Source: Psilocybe cubensis (Eukaryota). Taken from it: a stretch of DNA of 64,000 nt. Positions 39,201 to 52,899 of this stretch are shown one piece after another. The notes under the pieces were generated by a model. It saw only the letters and a list, made by a program, of their open reading frames with translations. It was not told the DNA's origin and made no database searches. A program made the translations under genes and the position numbers. The DNA lies in assembly GCA_017499595.2 (NCBI GenBank), contig CM039001.1, forward strand, positions 124,001 to 188,000. Direction: 5' to 3'. The stretch's first letter is position 1, and each line of letters begins with the position of its first letter.

Positions 39201-41773
39201 ATGGGCTGCGAGCATTCAGATTTTAATAACCGTCTGCAAATGCACACATCAATACATGATACGAACGTTCCCAACTTCTAAAGACATTGCGAAGCACAAG
39301 CGATATTGTAATAAAAATGAAACGGTTCTGATTCCAATAGTTGGGGACTATTCTTATTCGTTAGTGAATCGTGAAAAGGGAAAGTGGCTTCCAGCTTTCT
39401 TGTGAAGATGCAGCAACAGAGACCGGTCATGTACGTTATCGGCATGGAGGAAGAAGTATCCAGAGGCCATGGTCGGTGCCGTTCCATGTGGTTTGCCGCT
39501 CTAAACGCGCGAAAAAAAACAAGGCTTCTGGCAGTCGTCAGACATATGTTTCGTCCTTAGCCTTAGTGCCTTCCACTGCTTGAATACGATTATAATGAAA
39601 GACGTCTGCGCGCCTCCAAATGTTGGTGGTTAGAGAATTAATTCTTCGGTTGGCATCAGTTTTGATTAATCGGAGCAGTTCTAGTGGACCAGAAATTCCG
39701 AGTATTGGGAATGCAATCAATCATGAGCACGGTCTTCGGGACGGACGACTGGAGAAATAGGATCGGTAAATGTCGCCTATCAAAAATTAGCGAGATAGTG
39801 TAACGTCGAATGACACATGGTGCACCCTGTGAATCATATCCAGTCGTCTTTGGCAGTAAGTTGGCAGAATGTGCGAAGAGCTCTCCAACACATGTCTAAG
39901 TCGCCTGTACACTGTGGGCTCACTGTGATCCGCAGCACACTGCGTGGACTTTGTGCGTTTAAACGGCGCATTGCAGCGACGGGTGTGCGGGACGACAGTG
40001 AATGGAGATAGCCGACACATCAGCGCCCTATACCGGTCTACGGTCCGAGTGTCTATTGTCGTTGGAGGGGAAAAAGAGCGATATTTACAGCCTGAGCAGG
40101 ATGTCCAGCCCATCGAGCGCACACTCTGTGTATCTGAGCCGTGCCTACGGTCCTAAGTGGCGGATCTTTTGTGGGTCAGTCCTTCTCCATGTCGAACTTC
40201 GGCGGATATCACTCGGTTTCACAGTCCACATTCACATTGTCGATTCTATGAGGTGGAAAACGTCGATGGCGACATGAGAGGCACCGTTCTGACCGGCCTA
40301 GAGAGCGACCAAGCCATGTGTAAGGCCAATAGAATTATCGTCTGTTCAAGTGCGTGATTCAAGATTTGGAAGTCCAAAAGCATTCCTTGAATGCCACCGA
40401 GAGTCCCATGAGATTCCAAATAGAGATTCAGAAATGTGAGGCTTGAGATAAGAAACTGGGGTGCATTGCATCACACTCTATTTGCGAATAGCTGGCGGAC
40501 TTCAGAGTTCAAGAGTTCAAGCCCTATTGAGAAGTTTTTGAAACTAAGAGTTACTTCATTTATACATTTAGCTTCATACTCCAAAAGGCACCCTTAGACA
40601 TTCCAATAGCTTCCAGACCGGCAGAATAATGGCGTGCTAAGGGGTGCAATGTATAACAAAGAAAAGGGTGGGGTCGAAGAAACTCAGGATTAGCTTAAGC
40701 TTTTACGAGGCGTGGGTTGGAGAAACTGGCCTGCGTCACCTACGAACGGTTACTAAATTGAAAAACGATGATCAAAATAGCAACTATAGTGAGTTCTTCT
40801 CGTGGCTAGTGATAAGTAGTGCTATTGCTCACTTCTACCGTCTATTCACCCGCTCAATGTGCAGACAAATCCGAGGATCATGTTGGAAGAAAAAGATAAG
40901 CGAAGTATACCTGGGTCTCCGCATTATCTGACAAGTAGACGAGCAAACGATGTCGCGTGAATATGTCCTGGATAGCCACAGGATGTCTACCGGCGGCTTT
41001 CGCTAAACAGTTGCTTTCATTTACATCCCTGAGCCATCGGTCTATTTTAAACCACATATCGTGACCCAAGGAAGGGTATTTTATCCGTGTGGAAGGTATA
41101 ATGCTCTGCTTGCCGCGGCGACGCTGGTAAGCTTTTGCCGGGTTAATTGTCGATTTGATCAGTCTTTATACACCGTAGGCACAATGTTTCTATAATTTAG
41201 CGCGAGAGAGCCGCAAGTTTCCTCGGTAGTCAGGAGCACTCCTACTGTGTTGAACCACAAATCAAAATCTATGTTCAGAGTTTAATGAAATTGACTGCAG
41301 GCGGTGAAGAAATAAACGACAAAAGAAAATGCAATTATTTCACATTTCTATGCTATATTCACGAGCCTACGAGTATCATTCTCCGAACTAAGATCCTTAT
41401 GCACACAATCAATTCATCTAGTGAATATTATTCAGTAAGTCGTGGGGTTACTCTTTACAGCTTCTTTCCATATGCCGCGTAGTTTCATGGCGGAGTTGAG
41501 CTTGTCTTTCTCCGTTAATACTTGATCATTTATTCTATGTTCCTCAACGAACACGGTAACAAGACTCGGACTTCAACGATGTTCAACGATTTCTTACTCG
41601 TTCCCGACGGGAAACGCCGGCGGTTATTACTCGGCTAGCCGGTCCGCAGAGCAGCCGTGTGAGTGCCGCGGATAATTTGAGTAATGCCGCGGGATGCCGC
41701 CGATCATGATGGGCGTCGTCATTGGCTTGCATTTGCTCAACTCGGTTCTCACGACACTTTACCTGTCTCCACG

Positions 41774-44420
41774 ATGGAGAAATCTCTACCCAAGTACACC
41801 GACTCTACTGAAACGACTGAAGCCAAGAAACAACATGAACCACAACTTTTCCCAAGACCTCCTATCCGGACGGTTGTGATATTTCTACTGTTCTGTGCTG
41901 TCTATTATTACGTCCTATTCTCCGCATACCTTCATGAGGAAGAGATAAGACCTGCTGCATGTCAGCAACCGCATCCTGCGGCGCTTCCATCTAATCTATC
42001 GAGCTTTACGGATGCACCGGGATTCGCAGAGGCAGCGGCGAAGAGATTGGCAGGGGCAGTGATGATCCCCACCATGTTTGCGATATACTTATGGATATTA
42101 CCCGAGTCTGACTGAGACATGTAGGTCGTTCGACGATATGGGCCCCGTAGATGAAGATGAACGCTGGAAGCCCTTCAATGACATGCATGCATATCTAAGG
42201 AAAACCTTTCCACTGACGTCCGTGACCTGTTGTTATTGTTCTACGTTGCCTGACTCGCTTTCGCGCACTCTAGACACTCGACATTAGAACTGGATATAGT
42301 CGGAGGTTACTCATTAGTCTTTACTTGGCGGGGATCTCAATCGACCGAATTGTTCCAACCCCTGATGCTAACCGGTCATATTGATGTAGTACCCAGGTCA
42401 CATCTCGCTCTTCAACCTTTGGTGATCCAAATTCTAATAAGTTAACTATAGCCTTACTTCCCTGGACCGATGGACATATCCTCCTTTTTCTGGAACAGTA
42501 GATGATGAGTGGATCTACGGGAGGGGATCCGGAGACTGTAAAAACAATGTCATTGGTATTCTGACCGCAGTAGAGCACCTCATATCAGTTGGTTGGACTC
42601 CCAAAAGAACGATCAGTCAGTACAATTATACATTTCCCATTGTACTGGCTGAATGGCTCACATGAATATTTATAGTTCTCGCTTTCGGTCAGGATGAGGA
42701 AATTTCTGGACCTCGAGGCGCGGCCAGTATTGGGGCCCACTTGGAGAAGATTTATGGAAAGAACGGTATTTTTATGGTCATCGACGAGGGTGGAATGAAC
42801 CTCGAGACATCTTACGGAGCGGAGTTCGCCCTGCCAGGAATCGCTGAAAAGGGATACCTGGTACTTACTCATATTCCTATCTTAACGGGACATTCGACAC
42901 TAACATCCGATGGTATCAGAACGTAGAAATAGAAGTGGACATGCTGGGAGGCCAGTCAGTGATAATTCCGAAAACCATCATGCGCCTGATCCTCACTGAC
43001 ATCATTCAAACATTCATTTTGTTGTACTCAGTTCTTCAATTCCTCCACCCCATACATCCATTGGTATTTTATCCAAGATTGTGTCAGCAATTGAGTACGT
43101 ATATGCTTGATAATACATTTCTAAAGGATTGGTTGCTGAAGTCGGTTTTGCAGAGATTCCACCGTGTTCCAACCCCACCTTGAGCACGCAAGCCCAATCT
43201 GGGGATACCTGACCTGCGTAGCTGAACATGGAGATACTAATCTCGTGCCTTCATGGATAAAGGGAGGAGTCACATCCAAGCATCCTAACATGGCGGCCAT
43301 TGCCAAACGCTTTGCTGACATGTCTGTGGGGAATCAATACCTAGTCCAGACGTCGAAAGCTGCGACTATATTTAACGCCGGAATAAAGGTAAAAATCCGA
43401 AGTTTAGGATGCTACTGAATTTTGTTTGATCGCCTTTATAGAGCAATGCACTTGCCGAGAGCGCCAGAGTGCTTTTCAACTCCCGCATTGATTTGTTCAG
43501 CTCTCGTGCGTATCTACCGAACACTGGTTCCAAGATTAATCATTCTAATGTTAATTTGAACCTGAAACCCAGCTGCTGAGGTCCAAGAAAAGTATCGGAA
43601 GCTTATTAAACCTATAGCTGAAAAATATTCTCTTCTATTCGAAGGCAATTCTGTTTCACAGCCCCCATACATCGGCAATATCACCGTTGATTGGACGAGC
43701 CCGCATGAACCCAGCCCTATATCTCCTTTTAAGGTCGAGAGTTCCCGTGCGTGGTATATCTTCTCCAGAGCTGTTCAGGCAGCGTTTGGGGAGGGTGTGA
43801 TCACGGCTCCCAGTGCTATGACTGGAAACACAGGTATGATATTGCGAAGCAAAATCCCAGTACTTGAGACAATTAACATCTCCGATCTTGCTGCGTATTA
43901 GATACACGCCATTATGTGAGTCTTTCATGCACTTGTTAAGCTTTGACCAGTGTTGATCGTATAATGACGCCTGGCGCCTGATACCCATGCTACAGTGGAA
44001 TTTGTGAGGCTTCCTCTTTGGATCGCCAAAAATACGGCACCGCTTATACTGTTTTCTCCTTACAGATCGCAGAATATTTATCGCTGGAGCCCTACCAGAG
44101 CAGGCACCAAGTATGTGACCGCCAATTCTTTATCTCACACATGTGAACTCTTTTCTGACTTGTTACTGTTCCTTACTCCCGTATTCCAGACTCAACATTC
44201 ACACCGTCGACGAGAAAATAAGTAAGAACGATATTTTCAAGCAAACAATTTTGGTACATCGTTGACGTTTGGGCGTCCTCACCTTTTTAGAGATCAAGAC
44301 GCATGTCGAAGGAATAAAATTTTACACCGGTTCGTGTACATTCTTCTTCAACGAGAATGTGTCATTTGACCTGCTGAACCGCGTTTAGAATTAATCCTTC
44401 AGGCAGAAGCAGCTATGTAG
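41774..44420 (+). CDS. M20 family Gly-Xaa carboxypeptidase (Cps1-like), many introns
   Basis: N-terminal TM anchor; TGHIDVVP, YGRGSGDCKN, GQDEEISG, VIDEGG, IAEKGY, GGHSS.PPPHT, MTGNTDT, NIHTVDE. Confidence 0.88.
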
Positions 44421-45283
44421 CCAACTCTGGTGATATAGATCCGCCCGTATAAGCCAGTCCTACTACCATCTTCCCACTCTGTCTAAGTTATCTGGAATAA
44501 TTCCTTTTCCATATAAATTTCTGTTTGTATATCAGTGTACAAGATTTCTGATATCAAACACAGATTCATTCATTGTGCTTCCCGAGATAATCCCAAAGAA
44601 ACGTCGCCCTTTTTCTCTAGCTGTTTTAAGACACAAGTATAAGCCTCATGGATCAGGAACATGCTTCGGCTGTACTGTTTCCCAACTCGGGAGGGACAGG
44701 CCCTTGTAAGCCATTAATTTTGACGCCCGATTCTAGTCATTCCACTGTGTTCTTCAGAAACACACCCTAAATGCTAAAAGATCAATGAACCACGACTCTT
44801 ATACCGCCTAATCTATGACCACCTATTTTCTTATTCTCAGATCCAGGGTACAATCTCAGGGATGTACGCGAGCCTGGCGATCCGTGAAGTTTAATCTATT
44901 CATCATGATTGCCTCTGATAGGCTGATTACCTCTTAATTTGACTTTACCGTTTAATAGCTACGCGACTGCCCTGCGCTTATGACCTCCGAGAGCTTCCTA
45001 CTTGAGAGGGGACGCTGATCCGCTTGCAGATGATGAATGCTGCAACATAATTCGCATGACCTTGGCGAATAGCAATGGGCTTGATCTAATCTAAATGTAT
45101 ACATACTCCCCATCCTGGGCATAATCTGATTAATCGCAGTATCATATGGTGACGACAAACATAATTATAAGATAAACACATGGTATGCATAACATGGATA
45201 TCACGACTTCACAAAATAACAGTCGGGGGGTCATACTCAAAACGAGATCAAGAAAAGATCGCAAACGCAGATTCAACGCGACC

Positions 45284-47174
45284 TCATGATTCTTCCTTCG
45301 CCGGTTGCTTCTCGCCTTTGACATCATTAGGGTCCGCCAGTGTAACCTCAGACGTCCCTTCGAGCTCGATTGTCGACGTCGATCCGGGAATTTCAAGTGG
45401 CTCCGCGACGACCCCTCGACCCAGTATCCCTCCCCCATCACCAGTACTGTCACCAGCCTCACCACCCACTGCACGTCTAGCAGCCTCCTTGTTTGTGATC
45501 TTGACAGTCACGTCCCTGTCCCCAAAGACCTCACCCAGCTGCTCGAGGGTCTTCCCTGCCGTCTCCCTATATACGAGCCAAACAAAAATGCCAGAGATCG
45601 CAGAGAAGCCTAGCAACAGGAAATAGTACCCGGCCTTGAGCGTCGCGAAGAGCGGTGGAGTGATGAAAGCCACGACAAAGTTTGATATCCAGTTGACACC
45701 TGTGGATAGAGCCATGCCCTTTGCACGGGCGCGCAGGGGGAATACTTCGGCGCCCAGAAGCCATGGTACAGGACCCCACCTAGAAAAGATGATGAGTATG
45801 ATGAGTCAATAAGGTTAAGAGACAATGAGCGCTACATACGTAGCACCGAATATAAACAAATATATGCAAACACCTATGTTGAGATGAGGAATGATAAATC
45901 TCCAGGGCAAACGATACTGCAATGTGTGGACTCACCGGCAAAAATACCATCTGCAGTGCTTATTCGTGCGTTGCCTAGAGGTAGAGTTTCAACATAGAAC
46001 TGAAGACCACCGATAAGCGCCAAAGATCCGACGAGACCAGCGCTTCCAAACAGCAAGAATGATTTACGACCCCAGGTGTCGACAAAGAACATTGTTGGAA
46101 TAGTGCCAGCACAGTAGACAAGCGCGCACGCGCCAGAATAGAGTAACGACTGTCCGATATCGAAGCCTGCTCGTGTAAGATTTTCAGGAAGGAAATACAG
46201 GATAGCGTTGATCCCATTGAACTGCGCGAACAGCTGGCAGGTGATGCCTACAATTGTTCGTCGGGTGTATTGGGTGAAAAGCTGTCCCCAAGTAGCCTGG
46301 CCCATAGAATCCTCGAGAAGAATAGCTCCTTCAATGGCTGCATAGGATTCTCCTACTAGAGGATCGTACAAGTCGCCATTAGCATGTAGATCGGCAATGG
46401 CGGCGAAGCCTTCCTTTTTGAAGTCATTTTTGATGAGCCAACGCGGGGATTCCGGGAGAAAGAACGTCCAGATTACGAGTATCACTGCCAGGATGGCTTG
46501 TATGATGTATGGGCCCCTCCACGATAGCTCTGAGGGCATGTCAAAAAAGAAACCATAGCCAACCCATGCGGAAAGAGCATAGCCCGAGTTTAGACAAAAA
46601 TATTCAATGGACACGAACAGCCCTCGCCCATGGCCTGGTGCAATTTCACACTGATAGATTGGGACTGTCATTGACAGCATTCCAACCCCAAGACCTTGGA
46701 TGCAACGCCCGACTATTAGAGTGGCAAGATTCGGCATGAATATCTGTATGATGGAAGCAATAAGGTATATGATGCCCCCTATACGAATCGACATGCGTCG
46801 GCCGAGTATGTCACAAATATAGGCTGCTGCAAGCGATGCAACAAGCGCAGTCAAGTTGAGGCATGCAACCACAATGGCTAAAAAAGTTTGATCAAGGTTC
46901 AGCATAAGGAGATGCCCAACGGAAAGGGGTGGCACACACCTTGCACGAACTCATCAACTCCTTCTACTCCGGCTTGAACCTGTTCAAGCGTGACATCCTT
47001 TCCATACATACGCCGAATAAACGATGGCTGCACTTGCGCTGCAGCTATGATGCCTTGACTGTATCCAAACATGGCATCGCCCAAAGAAGCCAGTGCAGAA
47101 GAGGAGTAAAGCAACCTTTTTCCGACCATCCATCTAGGATATCGTACGGTGTATGAGCTCCGCTGTAGTGTCAT
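45284..47174 (-). CDS. MFS sugar porter family transporter
   Basis: MFGYSQG, DILGRR, PIYQCEIAP...RG, LPESPRWL, QFNGINAILY, DTWGRK, ETAGKTLE. Confidence 0.92.
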
Positions 47175-47522
47175 CGTATAGAGCGGTGTGGAGAAGGAAT
47201 AAATCCGCAAAGAATATGGGACTCATGTTATTTGAATGCTGGGTATGTTTCGGTCGTCGTTGGAATGTAAAGGGGGAAGCTCAAGATGTTGCCGGGTATC
47301 ATTGCCATACTTGTTTGTCAGTACCCTCAATACCAAACATAGCATCACGGCCACCTGACTAGATTTAGTTTCGGCACCGCATGATTGCGTGTGCGCCGTG
47401 TCGCTGACTGCTTAACACCGCCTCCTTGGACCCCTGGCAACCCACTATAACCTGCCGGCGCTGTACTCAAAACGCCTTTATAGACCAATATACGGGCATG
47501 AAACTCTCTATCTCCTACCAAC

Positions 47523-49930
47523 ATGCCCTCAGACGAACTCGAGGAAATCAGTGGCATCAAGCCTAAAGTATGGCTACCTGACGGCCAAGAACGCGAAGTT
47601 AGCTCACAGTCCAGGTGGGTTGCGCTTTATTATAAGGAACTTCGCATTCATTAGGAAGAACCCACGTCCTGAGTTCGACACTTCCCGGATTCAAATGAAT
47701 GACGCGTCGCTTGATTTGTTGATTGGACCCATAATGCTGACATGATTTTTACTACGTTTTCAGCAATTCAGTGTACAAGGTCAAACGAACGTTTGACCAC
47801 TACTACTGGTAAGTGTATACATTTTCTATATCACTCGCAAATTGTTATTGACGCCTCTTATCCACAATTTCGGAACTGCGCAGTACATGCCCGGTAAGAC
47901 TTACCCGCCTTATCACATCCGATTCCATTATCGTGACTCACATACTCTGTCAATTCTTCTCTAGGCGTGGCGAAATCAGGTAAGACAAGCCACCTTCTCT
48001 CCGGGTTCTGCCCGTAGCGAGAAGGCGGTTCTCAGAGTGTTTTCATTAAATTCCATCAACAGGGCGGTTCACCAGTAAATGCTCGCACATGCAAGCATCT
48101 CCGAGCCCTACTTGGTGATGACTATGAGCTTGCTCGCGTCAAAATGAAGAATCCAGATGGTCCCCAACCAAAGCACACTACCAAACGTCAAATAAAATCT
48201 ACATCGAAATCTAATCCAACCGCAACCACATCTTCAACGGCCAGCTCTAAGCGCAAGACGCGTGCTGCTGACGACGATGAAGGACTTCAAGCGGACGAGG
48301 AAGATGACAAACCTCCAACAAAACGATCGAAAGTCGCTCCTTCATCATCGAAAGGCAAAGGAAAGAAAACTAATGCAGACGATGACGCCGAAGACGCCGA
48401 GGATCAAGCAGATGATGACGAGAATGAAAATGCGCCGGTTGGGAAGGCTGTCCCAGAGCTTTTGCTCGCAAACAAGTGGGACCTTGAAAAAGGTCTTGAC
48501 CCGACAGGTTGGTGGCTGTCCGAGAAGCTCGACGGTGTTAGGTGCGTCGTACAGATCAGCAATTACATCAATCGAGACACATCATGGCTCACGACATATC
48601 ACAAAGAACGTTTTATGACGGCAATCAACTTATCAGTCGACTTGGTAACCCATTTACTCCACCAAATTGGTTCCTCGACAGTAAGTTATGTCCTCGACAT
48701 TCTTATGCGGCACAACTGATGACAGATCAATAAACGCGCCTTAACAGAGCTCCCCAAGGGCGTTACACTCGATGGCGAACTTTACGGGGGTCGAGGCAAC
48801 TTCCAGTCGACCGTGTCAATCGTAAAGACTGTCAACTCTGTTCATTGGAAAAACATCAGCTTCCAAGTGTGTCACATTAATCTACTTCCTGAAATAATTA
48901 ACGCTACGATTTGTTGTCCCTTCGCTCATTGTCTACATGTTTCATGTCACTTCTTTTTTATTCTCAATCTTGTTACCATGATACTGATTGGTTGTCCAAT
49001 AAATCATCTAGATATTTGATGTACCTTCGCGAGGGCATGAGCCATTCGAAGAGCGGTACAAGTTCTTACAAGAGACATTCGGCGTTGGCGGAGTACATGC
49101 AGCTGACCAGATCTGTGTGGTCGAGCACGAGCTGGCAAAAAGTCGGCAGCACGTCCTTGACAAGCTGAAGGAAGTTGAAGGGTTAGGGGGTGAAGGACTC
49201 ATGCTTCGCAAACCTCAATCGTGAGTACGCGTTCACGGTCGTCAATGCCTTGCGTGTTTCATAGTTCAAACTATAGCGTTTATGAAGGAAAGCGCTCGGG
49301 AAGTCTCCTCAAAATCAAGACTTTCTACGATGCGGAAGCCATAGTCACTGGTCATGCACCTGGAAAAGGTCGTAACAAAGGAATCACCGGAGCACTTATG
49401 TGCAAGATGGAGTCCGGAAAAGTACGTCTATGTTCCCTGTTTCTACCTCCAAGCCCCATCATGATACAGATCATCAATATCACTCCGACTATCCCCTTTG
49501 CTCTTATCTTCCCTTCGTCGCCCCCTTCGGAATTTGCTTTGTCTTGTCCCTTCATTTCGATAATAATAGTATTTACGCTGATTAATACGTCTTATTATGC
49601 TTAGCTCTTCAACGTGGGCTCCGGTCTTACAGATAAAATTCGGAAAGAGCCACCCAAAATCGGTTCAATTATTACCTATCGCTTCCAAGAGTTGACAAGA
49701 GACGGTGTTCCTCGGTATGTACTCTTTCTTAGTCCACTTTCATGACTCTTCATCTATTTTGCGTCTCTACTTTGTCTTTTGTTATTGCACCCGTAAACTC
49801 GCTGCTAACACTGTTCCGATTGCAATATAGCTTCCCGTCTTACATCGGGCTTGCTGTCGACAAAGATAGACCCAAAGATGCTGAAATTCCCGAGCATCGC
49901 AAGGCTGGAGCTGCGGGCGGAAGTGCATGA
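47523..49930 (+). CDS. SWIM zinc finger + minimal ATP-dependent DNA ligase (adenylation + OB domains)
   Basis: Spliced N-terminus ...YKVKRTFDHYYCTCPAWRNQ...RTCKHL; acidic/basic linker; ligase motifs SEKLDGVR, LDGEL, FQIFD, EGLMLR, LLKIK; OB domain FNVGSGLTD...TYRFQELTRDGVPRFP. Confidence 0.87.
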
Positions 49931-51906
49931 GCGCTATCCGCAATGCATGCTCCTTCACACGCGTCCAGGTACCGTCTAACCATAATCAGGTTACTTCCGA
50001 CCCTTGGACCAGAAAATACGAGTAAACTCGTATAAGTGTAGGTATTTTTTCATTCTTCGTGTAGTGTTTCGGTATTTTCCTTGCTTGCTCGGATTTATGG
50101 ACGTGCCCCATGGGACAAGGTTCGAGCATACTACTATACGTATCTAAAGAGGTGTTTTATTACTTTAGTCCTTTTTATGCTGTCAGCTTCCATTCAACTT
50201 AGTAAGAGTCGGTATTCCAGAGTCGGGTCAAGCAAGCAGCGTCGTGTCACTCTGGATATTTCCGATTTCTATTTTCTCTCATTCCCTTGATCTACAATGG
50301 TGCTGTTATAATTGAACATTGTTTCAATGCTTTTTAGGACATTTTTTGGTATTCAATTGCTTCTATCATTTCGTTGTCATAATTTAACGCGAGACATCGG
50401 TCCCCAAAGATAGATGGCAAACCACGGTAAGCATGGGCTATGCAACATCTTTTCCACCCATTGACCTATTTACGACGTCTTTTCAATTCCATGTTTCAAC
50501 ATATCATGGCAATGATATTCAACATACCTCTGCGGGAAATTAAATAGAATTCACGGCGTACCGTTTCCTGATCGAACCCAAGCCTTGCCAGACATCTTAA
50601 CAGACGTCGAGATTCCGTATAACAATGCCATGACACGCAATACGAATTAAATAAGCACCTCAAATGTAATGTACTTTATACTGCTATGTAGATACACTCC
50701 TCTGCAGTACTATTGTAGCGACCGAGATTGTCGATTTTCCTGCACTGTTTGAAGTTTTGGTCCAGTCTGGAATGTTGCACTCACTGGCCAGGTGTTCAAA
50801 GTCGAACCAATATTCGTTCTTCAATAATTGGATTGTTTTTCGTGCAGCGCTTTCACATTTCTGAAGCGCATGATACATCTCGGGGATGTTGTCGTTCCTG
50901 TGTGTGTCATGGCGTCGGTCGGGTTGGAGTGCCCCTATCCGCCACTATAAATCATGGCACGGCAAAGGAATGGCCGGTTACCCGGAAGATATTTGAGCGC
51001 CGCTTCAATCATGAATGGGAGACATCGGACCACAATGCACATCAGCTTCGTTCCTACCACCACCACATCGTTGAAGGCCATGTCTAACTTCCGGCCATTT
51101 CTGTATTCTGCAAAACCTATATATATATCTGGCTGCATATCATTCTACTCAACACGTGCATTGAGGGGTTGCCCTTTGGTCCAACTGTGCTCAGCTTCTT
51201 ATTAAAATTTGGTCAAGATCTGTTCCACGTAACGACACTAGCACTGGCCTACATTTGCACCACCTCTCCGACGACTAGCCTTGGATATCTACGAGTCTTC
51301 TCTTTTCTGCTCTACATCAAACATTGCACTTCTAAGGGCCATGTCGACTCTTGGGCTCTGGCAGTTAGTCGTGTTCAGCTCTACTGTGCAATAAGGTTCG
51401 CACTGTTCAATAGTCACCTCTCAAAGTGGAATTGGTGTCATACCTTCACTTGGATAGACGGAATCCGCAGTTTCTTTGGAGATTTTCTATCTATTGTACT
51501 CCTTGTATTCGACGCTATTGGTGCATCAGCGTTCATACATGTGGCAAACCCTCTTCTGGCCGATTTCTACCGACATCAATTCCGTGAATACGGTTGATGT
51601 GCGCAGTCCTCTCCATAGGACAAATTAATCGCTAACTCTTTGAGTGCTAATGATTTGTCACTTTGTATCTCTTCTCTGCATTCTAAACTTCTAGCAACAT
51701 TACAGGAATGACGAACTTGCAGTTGTCACTTCTCTCGACTCGCATATCTTTGTCATCACTCATATAGTCCCCCAACTCGTCATCGATGCTCGGTTTATGA
51801 TTTTGGTTATGCAGTGGAGTCTTTTGATATATAAGTTTGAGGACTCTTGCCAGATTGTTCACCAAAACGCCCACACTACTGAGAAACTCAAATCATTGCC
51901 CAAATT

Positions 51907-52899
51907 ATGTTGAGCTCCATTATTTTCTCTTCTCTTATCATCGCGCGCTGTAGTGCACTTCCTCAATATGGCAATACAAACTCTGGGAACGCTGCCGACA
52001 ATACAGGGGACTCAGTCGACGATACGGTCAATGGCTATCAAAGCCCACCTATCTGGAACTGGCCTGCCTTATTTGCCGCTGAAACAACCGCGGGAGGCGC
52101 CAATGTCGCCGCAGATACCAGTGGCAGCGCCAATAATCTCGGTTCGGGTCCGAGTGGGGTCATCTATCGTCCCATCTCACAAGCTTCCTCTGACGGCCCA
52201 GTAGCGGCAAATAGTATCCAAGCAGATGCCTCGTCATCCAGTGGATCTCAGTGTCTGTCCAGTCGCGAGCCTCAATTCGGGAATGGCGTCAATGGATTGT
52301 TCGACTGTGCAAACGGAGGCGACAATAGCGGCAACGGCTATGGCGGATCGAGCAACGGCAACGAGAATGAAGGTAGCGGGACCGCGCCCGTTAATCAATC
52401 GTCATCCGACACCACTATCGCTGGCAACGAGCCAGTTGACGACACCAATGCAGCTAGCAGCACTACTACTAGCAGCACAAGCTCCCCAAGCAACATCAGA
52501 AACCCACCGTTTGAGCCAGTAGGCACCGTGAGTGGAGCTGGTGGAAGCACCGATACGAGTAACCCCCCATTTGAGCCAGTAGACACAGAAAATGGTTCTA
52601 GCGGAGTCAGCAGTGATTCCAGCGAAACTGAGAATCCACCTAACGAGAACATCGGAACCAACAACAATTCTACTTCGACTCAAGGCGGTGGTGGTACCCA
52701 GGACTCCACTAACTATAACGATGGCGGGTGTGTCCTTGGTCGAGAACCTCAGATCGGAAATGGTGTTAGTGGCCAAACTGGATGCGGAAATGGCGGCAAT
52801 GATAGCGGCAATGGCAGTGGGGGTTCTGACAGCGGGAATGGAAACAATGCTGGGGATTCCGGAGATTCTGAACAGGATGATGTAGTATCCGTTGAATAA
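51907..52899 (+). CDS. Secreted Gly/Asn/Ser-rich protein with two Cys-bracketed REPQ(F/I)GNG modules
   Basis: Signal peptide ...RCSA-LPQYGN; modules CLSSREPQFGNGVNGLFDC... and CVLGREPQIGNGVSGQTGC...; NPPFEPV repeats. Confidence 0.82.
   Translation: MLSSIIFSSLIIARCSALPQYGNTNSGNAADNTGDSVDDTVNGYQSPPIWNWPALFAAETTAGGANVAADTSGSANNLGSGPSGVIYRPISQASSDGPVAANSIQADASSSSGSQCLSSREPQFGNGVNGLFDCANGGDNSGNGYGGSSNGNENEGSGTAPVNQSSSDTTIAGNEPVDDTNAASSTTTSSTSSPSNIRNPPFEPVGTVSGAGGSTDTSNPPFEPVDTENGSSGVSSDSSETENPPNENIGTNNNSTSTQGGGGTQDSTNYNDGGCVLGREPQIGNGVSGQTGCGNGGNDSGNGSGGSDSGNGNNAGDSGDSEQDDVVSVE

Noticed and set aside
41774-44420. M20 peptidase as the processing enzyme for the KEP
   Set aside because: It is a Cps1-like vacuolar type, not Kex1/Kex2/Ste13, and is separated from the KEP by unrelated genes.
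50684-51597. Short ORFs on both strands, possible pseudogene
   Set aside because: No recognisable domain and multiple stops in the candidate frames.
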